The notes under the pieces: generated by a model
What the model saw: only the letters and a program-made list of their open reading frames with translations
Database searches by the model: none
What the model was told of the DNA's origin: nothing
Program-made: the position numbers and the translations under genes
Shown here: positions 13,548 to 26,261 of the stretch, one piece after another
Layout of the letters: every line of letters begins with the position of its first letter
How positions within the stretch are numbered: the stretch's first letter is position 1
DNA from: Octopus sinensis
Taxonomy: Eukaryota
DNA: 64,000 bases
Direction: 5' to 3'
NCBI RefSeq assembly: GCF_006345805.1
Contig: NC_043001.1
Location: 24,738,001 to 24,802,000, forward strand

Positions 13548-13962
13548 ATTTCTTTATTGCCCACAGGGGGCTAAACATAGAGGGGACAAACAAGAACAGA
13601 CAAAGGGATTAAGTTGATTACATCGACCCCAGTGTGTAAGTGGTACTTATTTAATCAACACTGAAAAGATGAAAGTCAAAGTCTACCTTGGCAGAATTTG
13701 AACTCAAAACGTAACAGCAGGCAAAATACCTATTTCTTTACTACCCACAAGGGGCTAAACACAGAGAGAACAAACAAGGACAGACAAACAGATTAAGTCA
13801 ATTATATCAACCCCAGTGCATAACTGGTACTTAATTTATTGACCCCGAAAGGATGAAAGGCAAAATTGACCTCGGTGGAATTTGATCTCAGAACGTAACA
13901 GTTGACGAAATACTGCTAAGCATTTCACCCGGCATGCTAACAATTCTTCCAGCTCGCTGCCC
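13548..13962 (-). mobile_element. SINE family B, tandem dimer
   Basis: Reverse-complement family B bodies; direct repeat CCTTACTAAGAT on both sides. Confidence 0.85.
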
Positions 13963-15070
13963 TTACTAAGATAAATATTGGAGTCAATATAATCAAGAAA
14001 CCCCCTTGAAAGTAGTGCCCCAGTATAATCGCAGTCTACTGGCGGGAACCAATAAAAGCACATATATGTATACATGTCTATATATATATGGTCAGAGCAT
14101 TCTTTCACAAGAGTAGAATTCAGGCATTTAAAAAATGTAATATTCAAAAGATTGAACCTAAGAATAAGTAAACATATTGCAATTTTTAATTAATTCATAT
14201 TTTATACTTATTAAAGTCATTTAACATTTTGTACTATTTCTGGTATGAATGAAAGTGCACATATTTTGGTGCACATGTGTATAAAAAAGGGGGGTAAGAT
14301 GGAGATAGTTGGTAGGATTCTAAGAGAAACTGCAAGGGAATATATATATATATGTTTGTATAAATGAAATATGAGTTGCCTAATGGAATGTAATAATATT
14401 GATATGAATTGTTCTAGTGGGGGGGGGGGGAACACAAGCCTACTGCTCATTATAGAAACGAAGCTCATAAATTATATTATTTTTATATCTTCAGTGTAGG
14501 AAGGTAAGATATTAAAAGAAAACAGGGAATCCAAAAGGGTGTCAGTGTTATGAGAAGAAAGCTGTGATTATGTAAGAGAATTAGAAACAGAGATGTGATG
14601 TACTAGAAAAACAGATACTATATGAAGCAAGATAATTATTATGTGTTGTGAATCTTAATGTGGGTTTATATTTAGGTCTTCCATCATTTTTCATCCAGAA
14701 ATCATTTCTATTTATATAGGGTGTCAGATTTGTCTTTTTTTAGTGTTAATGAAATAGTTTTATGCTTTATTTCATACAAATTCTCAAGTAGCTATTATAG
14801 TATGGGTACTGGAGTATGGTGGTAAGTTCTTTGCAAAATGTGGTCACCATCCAGTTTTCATTCCCTATTGAAGTCATTTCATTTAGGTCACACATTTTTT
14901 GGAATAAAGCATGGGTATCACATATGTTATTCTTTTACCAATAAAAATCTCTGAAGTTTATCGCTCCAGGAGGTTTTTAACCCAATGTATTTATATATAA
15001 TTGAATTTACTTTGAGACATATTGTTAATAAAAACATATTTACAACTGTTGTACCTTTTCTCCGATGTCT

Positions 15071-15106
15071 CTTACATTTTATTTTTTTCTTTTGTTTCAG
15101 GTAAGA
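15071..15106 (+). promoter_or_regulatory. Candidate recursive splice site (3'SS abutting 5'SS)
   Basis: CTTAC branch-like motif, long T-rich tract, TTTCAG|GTAAGA at 15100/15101. Confidence 0.4.
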
Positions 15107-15359
15107 TTTCAGTTCATCTGTCTGACATTTTCAAAATGAGCATTTCCCTGAATTACAGATAAGTAAACAATTCTGTTTAACCTTACAGACAAAATGTTTC
15201 TTTTGTTTAATTGCTTCATAAAATTAGACAAGAATAGAGGGTAACTCAAAGGTTTCAGGATTAAGAAAGCTACAGCTGTGTTGTTGTGGCTACAAAATGA
15301 TATTGAGTATAATTTGATATTAAAAAGGCTTTGATGACTGTGAATAATTGTAATTGTGG

Positions 15360-15650
15360 AGGCACATGGCCTAGTGGTTAGAGCAGTGGACTCGCGGTCG
15401 AGGGATCGTGGGTTCGAATCTCAGACCAGACGATGTGTGTGTTTATGAGCGAAACACCTAAGCTCCATGCGGCTCCGGCAGAAGGTAATGGCAAAACCTC
15501 TGCTGACTCTTTCACCTCAACTTTCTCTCACTCTTTCCTCCTGCATCTTGCAGCTCACCTGCAATGGACCGGCGTCCCGTCCAGGTGGGGAACATATATG
15601 GCAAGAAACCGGCCCTTATGAGCCAAACATGGCTCAAGAAGGAACAAAAA
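15360..15650 (+). mobile_element. tRNA(Arg-like)-derived SINE, family D
   Basis: GGCACATGGCCTAGTGGTTAGAGC...GGTTCGAATC A/B boxes; inverted copy at 49165-49435. Confidence 0.85.
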
Positions 15651-16867
15651 AAAAAAATAATAATTGTAATTGTAAGGATGATGTCTGATATAAAGGCAAC
15701 TGCTAAGGTGTAATGTTATCTAGTTATAAAAGCTAAATAAAAAGTGATGCAAAAATTAAAATATAGAAATGAAAAAGACTCTAGATACTGAAATTATGTC
15801 ATAGTTAAAATAAAGACCTTACAACGATGATAGCCATAATGATGTCAACCATAATGATGATGAGAATACTACTGCAGGCCATGAGCAATGACAATATCAA
15901 ATAAGAGTAATTGTTATAGTGAAACTCTAATTACAATAATAATGAAAGTTATTATCAAAGTACTGAAGACCTTAGATACAAAAACAAAAAGAAAATGAAT
16001 AAGACATTTACCATTAAAATTATTTCTTTCGTTGTACCTCAAGTCTCTCTATTATATTGTATAATGTTTTTTGTTCTACTTTAACTTTTGATACCAGGTA
16101 TGTTATTCAGTGAATAATTTAATGTATGAAATGTATAACAATATACGATTGATATCCTTTATTGCTATGCTATGTTTTGTTTCAAGCTACTGTCAGTCTC
16201 GCTTTATCAAAAAACAACTGAATTATATGCTATATTTTAGGTAAGGAAGTACTGAGATAATTATTATAGCTAGCACAGTAATTTTTAATTATTTAGACTA
16301 TAGTTATATTGAAGAGGGATAAACATTTTTGAACAATGTTTAACAGAATTGAACAAAGAAAAGGTAACAAAATTAAAAGCATAAAAGACATAACTCCCAC
16401 TTTTTCATTCCATGAGTCAATGTACCAATATAACATTGTCCCGATTAATTAAAACTAAAGGGAACACCACAATCACCACTCCAAGTGATTTTCTCCGAGT
16501 TTGTATAATATGATTGATATTACCAGCCATCACCTGGATTCTTTCTCTGTGTCCAGAGATCAGTTTGTCAAGACCCTTAATTCCCTTTCAGTTGCACTGC
16601 ATGCATATGATCAGTCAGTCTCTTGTTTCCAATCCATCATTTGATGCCAGCAACCCACAAATATCTTTGATATTTTCTTTCTCTTTTCCATGCTTCACTT
16701 CCTGTCAGGATGATCCCGGGAAATTATTTGTAGCACATTGTATGTTACCTTTTACTTGGTTCAGTCCTTAGACTGTGGCCATCCTGGGGCATTGTCTTCA
16801 AGAATTTTGTTTCTAAAATACAATAGCTTTGTGGACTTGATCCTTGACTACAATATATATATATATA

Positions 16868-17200
16868 TATTATATAAAATCCATTCTGTCTGTCTGTGTG
16901 TGTGTCTTCTAGGATCTCGGGCATCCTTCATCCGATTGCGCTCAAATTTGATATGTAGATACTGATGATATCAGGGCATGTATAAGTCTTGAAAAAATTA
17001 CAAAAATCGATTCCAGGTGAGAATGCAATCGATAAAGCCGTGGGAACGTGCATTTGTATGTGCAAGTACATCAGCTGTTACAATCGATACTATGCGTACG
17101 CGAGAAAAATGCACATGCAGTTTGTGCAATAAAAGCTGGCTGGCTTGAAATTATGCCACAAAATGGGACAGTCGGACAAGTTGTTTTGAGAAAATTTGGT
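16868..17200 (+). mobile_element. Helitron-like non-autonomous repeat (5' part)
   Basis: TATATAAAAT..(CTGT)n..CCGATTGCGCTCAAATTT pattern typical of Helitron left ends; inverted copy at 54370-54652. Confidence 0.55.
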
Positions 17201-17305
17201 TTAAATGTTTGACAACTCAGCACCATCTATTGGACGGGGGGCGTTTTGCTCGTATATATATATATATATATATACTCCTAAAGCCAAGGACATTTCAGCA
17301 CCCCT

Positions 17306-17378
<73 letters not shown>

Positions 17379-17419
17379 GTATGTGTGTGTGTGTGTGAGT
17401 GAGTGAGTGTGTTTGTGTG

Positions 17420-17614
17420 CCAATGGCATGTAAAAAGCACCCACTACACTCTCAGAGTGGTTGGTATTAGAAAGGACACCCAACTATAGAAACTCTGCCA
17501 GACCAGATTGGAGCTTGGTGCAGTCGCTGGCTCTCCAGACCTCAGTCAAACCGTCCAGCCTATACCAGCATGGACAACGGACATTAATCAATGATGAGGA
17601 TGATGATGGTGATG
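17420..17614 (+). mobile_element. SINE family C, 3' part
   Basis: AAAAGCACCCACTACACTCTCAGAGTGG...(GAT)n. Confidence 0.8.
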
Positions 17615-18332
17615 ATATATATATATAGGAATAGATTATCTAAACTTTTAAGAAAACCTCAAAACTGTGTAATATGAAAGAAAAACAAAAGAATTAGTGA
17701 AATAACTTTTACATGTTTGTAAGAAAAATTGAAACACATAATGGAATAATTTTTAAATATTACAAGAAGAAAAATCAAAAGTTATAAAATCATGATCTGA
17801 GAACGTACTTTTATTTGTGCTATATGTAAATACATATAGCACAAAAAAACTATGCCAGATCAGATTGGAGCCTGGTGCAGCCATCTGTTTCGCCAAGCAA
17901 GCTACTTACCACACAGCCACTCCTATACCTATCTAAAGCAAAATTTTTTCATGGACCCTTAAAATACTACTGTGGCTACCCTGTTTACTATTTTGTTTGC
18001 ATTGACCCCTAAAAATCTTATGTGGACCCCATGGGTCATACTGAAAACCTCAGAGTTAGAGGAAGGTTCAACGTTATAATTTTATAAAATGATTTGGGTG
18101 AGGTAGATTTTATGAAATTTGTTTTTGTAGCAATAAAAGCCATTAACCTTACTGCATGTATACCAGTACTTTGCATATACAGTGGATACACGGAAAAAAT
18201 GAATTAACTGATTTTTGACAATGGGGTACTTAGTGGAATTTTTCACATTTTAGATGATTTAGATATTTTATTTTTAGAAAGAGGTTGCAAGAAGTGATTT
18301 GCATATGATTAGCATGTTACATCACACAACAG

Positions 18333-18566
18333 TTCAATCCTTTTGTTACCATATTTCTGTTGTTACCATATTTCTGTGTTTCTTTCGATTAATTTTAAAT
18401 ATAACAAAGAATTTAGTAAAATAACTTGGTTATCATTGAGCTAGTGTTAGAAACATAAATTGTGTCTCAGGTTTGGCAGAAGATTTTAATTCAGCACTTT
18501 TGAAAACAAGACTTTTTACTACAGAACCAGAGGTGGTTTCAGGCGGGTTTGTATCAAAAGGGTTAA
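18333..18566. mobile_element. piggyBac-like MITE
   Basis: CCTTTTGTTAC...ATCAAAAGGGTTAA; same family as 37790-38017 in opposite orientation. Confidence 0.6.
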
Positions 18567-18938
18567 TCAGCTCAGTGTGGGTTAAAATACAAATCAGCAA
18601 AGCTATGAAGGAAGTGACACAGTAATTAACTTAGTTAATTTTTCATGATCTAAAAGTAACCGATATTGGTTTTTAAAAATCTGCAGTTTTGTGTGACTAC
18701 ATGCAATAATGTTGACAGATATATCCAAGAAAGGCACTTGATCTTGAAGTAGAAAGTTCTACATTATAATTACTGTTCTTTACATCTTGCTTCATTTGAA
18801 TTCCAACTAATTAAAAAATTTTAAATTTTTATATAAATGGCAGTGTTAAGGTGATGTTGAACCAGTCAAAAACAGAAACTATGGAGCTAAATTGTTTAAT
18901 CAAAACATTCCAATAGCCGGCATTTTTTTTTCAAATTA

Positions 18939-19323
18939 CTCTTTTACTTGTTTCAGTCATTTGACTGTGGCCATGCTGGAGCACCACCTTTTTAGTCAAG
19001 CAAATCGACCCCAGGACTTATTCTTTGTAAGCCTAGTACTTATTCTATTGGTCTCTTTAGCCGAACTGCTAAGTTACAGGGACGTAAACACACCAGCATC
19101 AGTTGTCAAGCGATGTTGGGGGGACAAACACAGACACACAAACACATACACATACATGTATATATATATATACATATATACAACAGGCTTCTTTCAGTTT
19201 CCGTCTACCAAATCCACTCACAAGGCTTTGGTCGGCCCGAGGCTATAGTAGAAGGTGCCACTCAGTGAGACTGAACCCAGAACCATGTGGTTTGTAAGCA
19301 AGCTACTTACCACACAGCCACTC
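18939..19323 (-). mobile_element. SINE family A, full length
   Basis: Reverse complement of 32080-32500 consensus. Confidence 0.9.
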
Positions 19324-19584
19324 TATTTTTTTAATATCATAAGAATGTATAACAGAATCATAAATATATGTTCAGCATCACGCTGTGTGATTAAGAGGCT
19401 TGCTTTTCAAACACATAGTTACAAGTTCAATCCCACTGTGTTTTATCCCACTTGGATAAGTGTCTTCTACTATAACATCCAACCAACCAATTCCATGTGA
19501 ATGAATTTGGTAGACAGAAAATGTGCAGAAGCCCACTGTATACATACATATATATGTGTGTGTGTGTGTGTGTATTTATATATA

Positions 19585-20535
19585 GCAGGCTGAGTAAAAA
19601 GTAAGCAACATTTTGAAACAAGAAATTCATCACAATATATTTCAACAGTGTGGAAATTTTATTCATCTAAGTACCATTACAATCAGCACATTTTTTCCAA
19701 CTAGGTACAAGTTTGTTTATTCTGGTAACATAAAAATCTGGAGTTCTGGAGCTGATGAACTCTCTGAATGCACTTTCAGCATCAGTTTGATTTTTGAACT
19801 CCCTCTCTCACAGGAAACTATCAAGGTGCTTGAAAAAGTGGTAGTCAGTAGGAGAAAGGTCTGGGGAATAAGCTGGGTGGGGAAGAACTTTGTTGCCAAG
19901 TTTTCTCAATTTCTGGAGCATCATAAGTGAAATGTGTCGTTGAGCATTGTCATGAAGAATGATTGGCCCTCTTCTGTTGACCAGTCTGGGAAAGAGGAGT
20001 AGCAGTTTTCTGTTCAGTTTAACAATTTCATGGCAGTATGTTTCTGCAGTAATGGTTTTTCCAGGTTTTAAGAGGTTACAGTGGATGATTCCAGCAGTAC
20101 ACCACCAAACAGTTACCATAACCTTCTTTTTGAGTTTTTTTGGTGCTTCATTTTGGTCCAACCATTGCAAAGAACATTTTTTTATTATTGTACAGAATAC
20201 ACTTTTTTATCACAAGTTACAATACGGTCAAGAAATGGATTGGTCTGGTTACAGAGAAGAAGCAACAAGCAAATTTCATATCTACGCATTTTCTGATTTT
20301 CATTCCAATCATGTGGTACCCATTTGTAGAGCTTTTTTGATTTTCTGATCTCATGCAAATGGTTTCAGGCAGTTTTCTGGCTAACGAAGTTCCTTTGCCA
20401 GTTCTCGAGTAGAGTTATGTGGATCTTTCTCAATGATGGTCTTTAATTGACCATCATCGATGACAGATGGGTATCCACTACATTCACGATCTTCAAGGCT
20501 CAGGTCTCCACTGCAAATCATTTAAACCATCATTG
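19585..20535 (-). mobile_element. mariner (DD34D, Hsmar1/cecropia-like) transposon remnant
   Basis: ORF 19808-20170 encodes KKVMVTVWW...IILHDNA..H...VLPHPAYSPDLSPTDYHFF; TA-flanked end at 19585; frameshifted. Confidence 0.9.
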
Positions 20536-23500
20536 CCTCCATGAAGCTCAAAGTTCAAAGATCATGCTTCACCACCTCATCCCATGTCTTCCTGGGTCTA
20601 CCTCTACAACAGGTTACCTCCACAGTTAGAGATTGGCACAGCTGTCCTCATCCATATGATCATATATATATATATGTGTGTGTGTGTGTGTTTCTTTGTG
20701 GTTTGTTTACACACACACACACACACACCATATGACCTCCTGACAACTAGTTTTGATTTATTTTACTAAGTTATTAGAACATAAAAAAAGTCCCTGCTAA
20801 CTAAGAGGTTTGGTGAAGAAACCTATAGAATAAGTACCAGATTTAATAAATAAGTCCTGGGGTCGATTTGTTTGTCTAAAACCCTTCAAGGCAGTGCTCC
20901 AGTATGGCTGCAATCCAATGACTGAAACAATTACATAAAAATGCTATTTAAATGCATATGATATATATTCCACCAACCAATCACAGTTTACCTACCACTA
21001 AAAACAAAACAAAGTCCACATTTGGTCAAAAAGTTTTTGTCGGTGATAATGAGAACTTTGTGACTAAAATGTAATAAAAATTGTGAAAATATATTTACCT
21101 AATTAAATTTGTAGATAAATCTTACTTTGCATCAAAAGACAATATATCTTTTGTAACATTCAATGTATGTGTTTGTGTGTGTGTATGTGTGTGTGATGAA
21201 TCAATTACAATTTTTGAGAAATTTGACCGAAATGTCAGCAAATAGGGAAGAACTGTATTGGATGATATTCACTTGCCTAATAACATCACAACAAATTTCT
21301 AATGCAGATGGTTAAGGATTGGTTTATTAATAGAAATTTTACATCATTGTGGATACACCGTTGATTGTGAAAATCAATATCTCTAACAGAAGCAAGTCTA
21401 AAATTGTACACAGCTTGAAGAATCTAATAATAATCTGATACCAGGCTTCTTAAAGGATAAAGAATTACATCATAGTTGAAAGGTTGGAATCTTGTATGAG
21501 AATTGTTGGCATCTCATTTAGTGTATCTAGGACTACATGGTGAAAGCTGGGGTGTCTTTGATCACAGTGTTTCTCAGTCAGGGCTGATTTTGGGCCCAAG
21601 CACCAACAATAGCAACATAAACCTCAAGTGTCTAGGAGAATCTATAAAGTACATTGCCCATCCTCTTACAAATAAATAGATAGTTTTGAAGTTAGCAAAC
21701 ACACACGCACACACAAATACACACTCCCTTCTACCAAATATTGATTTCCCATAATTTGAGATTTATTTCCTGCAATTATATAATTCAAATTCCTTAGATT
21801 TATAAAGATGTAATGTTCCTTTTCTGAGGATTTTACAGCATGACAAACACTGTTTAAATATCTGGAAACTTTGCTGGAATGACAAAACCAAATATTATTA
21901 AACAAAACTCATTGACACAAGTTCCTTATTTTTTATTCTTTTTGTGGTTTCAGTCTTTGGAGTACAGCCATGCTGGAGCACTACTGCTTTCAACGGTTTA
22001 ACTGTTCATATCAACTTTGATACTTATTTTAATCTGCTACTTATTTTATTAAAATCTGCCAGTTGAATTCTTAGGTTACTAAATGTAAATGGGCCCAAAG
22101 TAAAGAAAACATTTGCTAAAGTTGCGCACTGGGATTGAACTCAGAACCATTTGGCTGCAAAGTGAACTTCCTTAACCAATCAGCTTTGCCTGTACTTGGT
22201 ATAGATTTCTATTATGCTTTCCTTCAATTTAATTATTACAGTAATACAATTCATAAACTCAGGAACCTGCAATAAACAATACTTGCTTGTGATTTCTTTA
22301 GTGACTAAATAAAGGTTAGATTAGTCTAACCCCTTGCAGATTCATTCTGCTATATATGATTCTTTTGTTTAGGAAATTAATGGTTGGATGGATTCCCTAC
22401 CCAATATCGTGATACCTACAATCATTGTATCAAGAAGTGAAATTATAAATTTATGACTAATATATTGAGTTACACACTGGAATTTTCTCAGCAATTTAAT
22501 GTTAACTTAATTATACACTAACATGCTATCTTAAAGATAGCGTAAGTCAATTAGCAGGGTTGTTACAGTGCTAGATAGAATGCTTTGTGATATTTTTTCC
22601 AAGACTCTGCACTCTAAATTCAATTCCTATCAAGGTAAACTTTGTTTTCATCCTTTCAGGGTTGATAAAAAGTACTAGTCTAAGGTGGTGTTTTGGCAGA
22701 ACTGTTTAGAGGGGACAAACAAGATGTTTTATGGTGTTTGTTTTGATTCTTTGTGTTATGACTGCAACACATTCACCAGTGCTGGTGCTAAACTGTATTG
22801 GCCTAAATTGGCTATCTTTCTCTTCATTAAACATTGCTGGTATGGAGAAAGGAGATATGCTTGCAATGGGCAACTACTAGTCTTCCTCAAAAATATCTTG
22901 TCTATGTCTGCATGTACCAGTCAACATCATTTGACGGGGCCCTAGCAAAGATAGCATGTGGGCAGCAATATGAGCTTACCTTTCCCTGACATAAATTAAC
23001 ACCTAATTAATTCAAGAAATTATATCCACTATTTTGAGTGTTGCTAAGAATTGTTACTAGGTTTTCATTTTCCATCTGCAGCTCAATGAATTAGGAATAT
23101 TTTAGAAACATCCTTCAGTATATCAGCCTTTTAATTTTTCTATGAATAGACATATTTAGTCTACATGGAAGTGTATAAATGGCTAACTGCATTAAGCTGA
23201 ATGGGTGAATGAAAGAAAGGTCAAACAACACTAGCATAAAGGATTCTTCATTGGCTCAAAATACTTGTATTTGTAGATTAGCTCCAGTCAACCATGGGTA
23301 AGTAGGAGACCGATGATGAAAGCATTCCTGTTGCAACCACCCAGAATAGTTTTCCCGTTTTACTTCTATTTTTTTTAATTTTTATTACTTTTTTTTTTCT
23401 TTCAATAACACTGAAGTATTTTGTGATTTAAATGGAAAGACAAACTAAAGTAGTTATGCAATCTGGGGTAGCTCACAAGTCTGAAAGTACTTTTGCTGAT

Positions 23501-23635
23501 GTTGTCAATGTCATTCATGATTGTAAAATTAAAATCCCACACGGTTAAAATGTATTCGTTTATTTATTACTAATCTGGTTTCAGTAATACTAAGTTGTTA
23601 AATAAAGGACATTTCCCTTATAAATAAAAGTGTTG

Positions 23636-24225
23636 GCTGCTGGCAGAAACGTTAGCACGCCGGGCGAAATGCTTAGCGGTATTTCGTCTGCCACTACATT
23701 CTGAGTTCAAATTCCGCCGAGGTCGACTTTGCCTTTCATCCTTTCGGGGTCAATTAAATAAGTACCAGATATGCACCGGGGTTGATATAATCGACTTAAT
23801 CCGTTTGTCTGTCTTTGTTTGTCCTCTCTGTGTTTAGCCCCTTGTGGGTAGTAAAGAAATAGGTATTTCATCTGCCGTTAGGTTCTGAGTTCAAATTCTG
23901 CCAAGGTCAACTTTGCCTTTCATCCTTTCGGGGTCAATTAAATAAGTACCAGTTACGCACCGGGGTCAATATAATCAACTTAATCCATTTGTCTGTCTTT
24001 GTCCTCTCTGTGTTTAGCCCCTTGTGGGTAGTAAAGAAATAGGTATTTCGTCTGCCGTTACGTTCTGAGTTCAAATTCCACCAAGGTCGACTTTGCCTTT
24101 CATCCTTTCGGGGTCAATTAAATAAGTAACAGTTACGTGCTGGGTCGATATAATCGACTTAAACCGTTTGTCTGTCCTTGTATGTCCTCTCTGTGTCTAG
24201 CCCCTTGTGGACAATAATGAAATAG
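23636..24225 (+). mobile_element. SINE family B, tandem trimer
   Basis: One head followed by three ~180-bp bodies, each restarting at GGTATTTC.TCTGCC. Confidence 0.9.
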
Positions 24226-24549
24226 ATATTTTACTTGAGCTCATTTACTTTCTGACAGACACACTTCACGACCTCTAAACCCTTTGAAACCCTGTTGTCA
24301 TTATTAAACAAATCAGGCACACAATCCACACTAACTTATAATGTATATAGAAGAAGGAAATAATCAAAATCACATGTAGGCATACGATTGCAGCCACCCA
24401 GTTCTGGATTCGATCCCAGTGAGCAACACCTTGTATCTTCTCTACATTTAGATCCATTGATGCCTCAGGAGTGAAGTTTGTCACACAGAAATCTGTATTG
24501 AATCTTGTTGTGTATGGTACATGTGTGTGTATAAATATATATATATATA

Positions 24550-24750
24550 TTCTTTTACTTGTTTCAGTCATTTGGCTGTGGCCATGCTGGAGCACCATTT
24601 TTAGTTGAACAAATTGACCCTCGGACTTATTCTTTGTAAACCTAGTACTTATTCTAGCAGTCTCCTTTTACTGAAATGCTAAGTGATGGGGATGTAAACA
24701 CACCAGCATCAGTTGTCAAGTGATGGTGAGGGGAACAAACACAGACACAC
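24550..24750 (-). mobile_element. SINE family A, 3' half
   Basis: CTTTTACTTGTTTCAGTCATTTG...CACACCAGCATCAGTTGTCAAG. Confidence 0.85.
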
Positions 24751-24752
24751 AC

Positions 24753-24824
<72 letters not shown>

Positions 24825-25054
24825 GGAGGCGAGCTGGCAGAATCGTTAGCACGCCGGGCGAAATGCTTAGCGGTATTTCATCTGTCGTTATGTTCTGAGT
24901 TCAAATTATGCTGAGGTTGACTTAGCCTTTCATCCTTTCGGGGTTGATAAATAAAGTACCAGTCTTGCACTGGGGTCGATGTAATCGACTTAATCCCTTT
25001 GTCTGTCCTTGTTTGTCCCCTCTATGTTTAGCCCCATGTGGGTAGTAAAGAAAT
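24825..25054 (+). mobile_element. SINE family B
   Basis: GGCGAGCTGGCAGAATCGTTAGCACGCCGGGCG head and full body. Confidence 0.9.
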
Positions 25055-25077
25055 ATATATATATATATATATATATA

Positions 25078-26085
25078 CAGGGTGCATAAGATATTTGAGG
25101 ACAGATTTGTTTATAAAAAAAATATAACAGGTAATAACTTTATTTATCAAAAAATGCTATGAGGATGAAGATAAAACTTCTTTTCTATAATGTTATTCAA
25201 TAAAGCCACCTTCAGCTTCAACAACTGCTTCTATACAAGATCTAAATCATCTACATGCTCGAATCAAGTGGTTCTGGTTCATTTTGGACATTACTTTGAC
25301 TATGGCAGCTTTCAAAGAATCTTTGGTGTTATGGGCATGTTCATTAACCTCTCTCTCTCTCAACAATGCTCCACATGTAATAGTCCAATGTATTGAGTTC
25401 TGGGGAATTAGGAGGCCAAATGTTAGCAGCTATGTGATCTTGAAATTTTTCAGACATCCATTCCTGTGTTACTAGAGCTACGTGTGATAGTGCAGAGTCT
25501 TACTGAAACACATATGGCCTTCCATTGCATATACTGTCTATCCAAGGCTTCACAATTATTTCCAGGACCTCAATGTAGGTGGCAGAGTTAACTCTAAGGC
25601 CTTGTGGAAAGAAGTAAAGAGGTATCACATACTTCATTGCTGACAACCCCTAAAATCATGACATTTGCAGAAAATTTTGTATGCATAACACTTGGAGCTT
25701 CAGAATGGTCTGCACATAACCATCTGTCATTTCTTCTATTAACTTTTTGATATAGGTCGAAGATTTTCTTGTTTGAGAAAAACCAAATCAAATCTTCTGT
25801 TGGATTTTGCAGTTTGTTTCAGAGCTTTTTAAATCTCATGTAGTGATTTTCTTTTGCTTTTTCTGACAAATTAACCTTTACTCATCATATAAGACTTATA
25901 TCTGATGTCTTCATGGACAGCATTTCTGACTGTTCCTTCTGACACATGGAGATCTTTTGCAATTGACTTCATGGACTTTCAGGAATTGTAATCAATGGTC
26001 TGTTGAACTTGCTGGATAAATTCAGGTGTTCTGATGATTTCAGAGCTTTTAGAATGCTTTTTATGCTTTGATACTGGTGATATAT
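25078..26085 (-). mobile_element. Tc1/mariner superfamily remnant (maT/Bmmar1-like DD37D)
   Basis: TA|CAGGGTG terminus; minus-strand peptides WFFSNKKIF..NRRNDRWL..KFSANVMILGVVS and WPPNSPELN. Confidence 0.75.
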
Positions 26086-26201
26086 TTCTTATTTCTTTAC
26101 TGCCCACAAGGGGCTACACACAGAGGGGACAAACCATGTGATTGGGAAGCAAGCTTCTTACAACGCAGCCACTCCTACACCTCTTGTTTCAACTTCATAT
26201 A

Positions 26202-26261
26202 TAATGGTTAGCACTCTGGACTCTGAATCCAGCGATCCGAGTTCAAATCTCGGTAGAATCT
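26202..26261 (+). pseudogene. tRNA-Gln(CTG) pseudogene/fragment
   Basis: TAATGGTTAGCACTCTGGACTCTGAATCCAGCGATCCGAGTTCAAATCTCGGTAGAATCT matches metazoan tRNA-Gln(CTG) positions 13-72 with about 2 differences; the 5' acceptor strand and start of the D-arm are missing. Confidence 0.75.

Noticed and set aside
15360-15430. tRNA-like sequences at SINE heads (also 11742, 32080, 51378, 57397)
   Set aside because: No complete cloverleaf; they continue into repeat bodies, so they are not tRNA genes
17814-17845. 15-bp perfect hairpin (similar small ones at ~26360-26410 and ~40844-40880)
   Set aside because: Short AT-rich palindromes at repeat junctions are expected by chance or from repair
19808-20170. 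Mariner ORF as a domesticated SETMAR-like gene
   Set aside because: Surrounding transposase sequence is frameshifted and truncated; ordinary decayed copy
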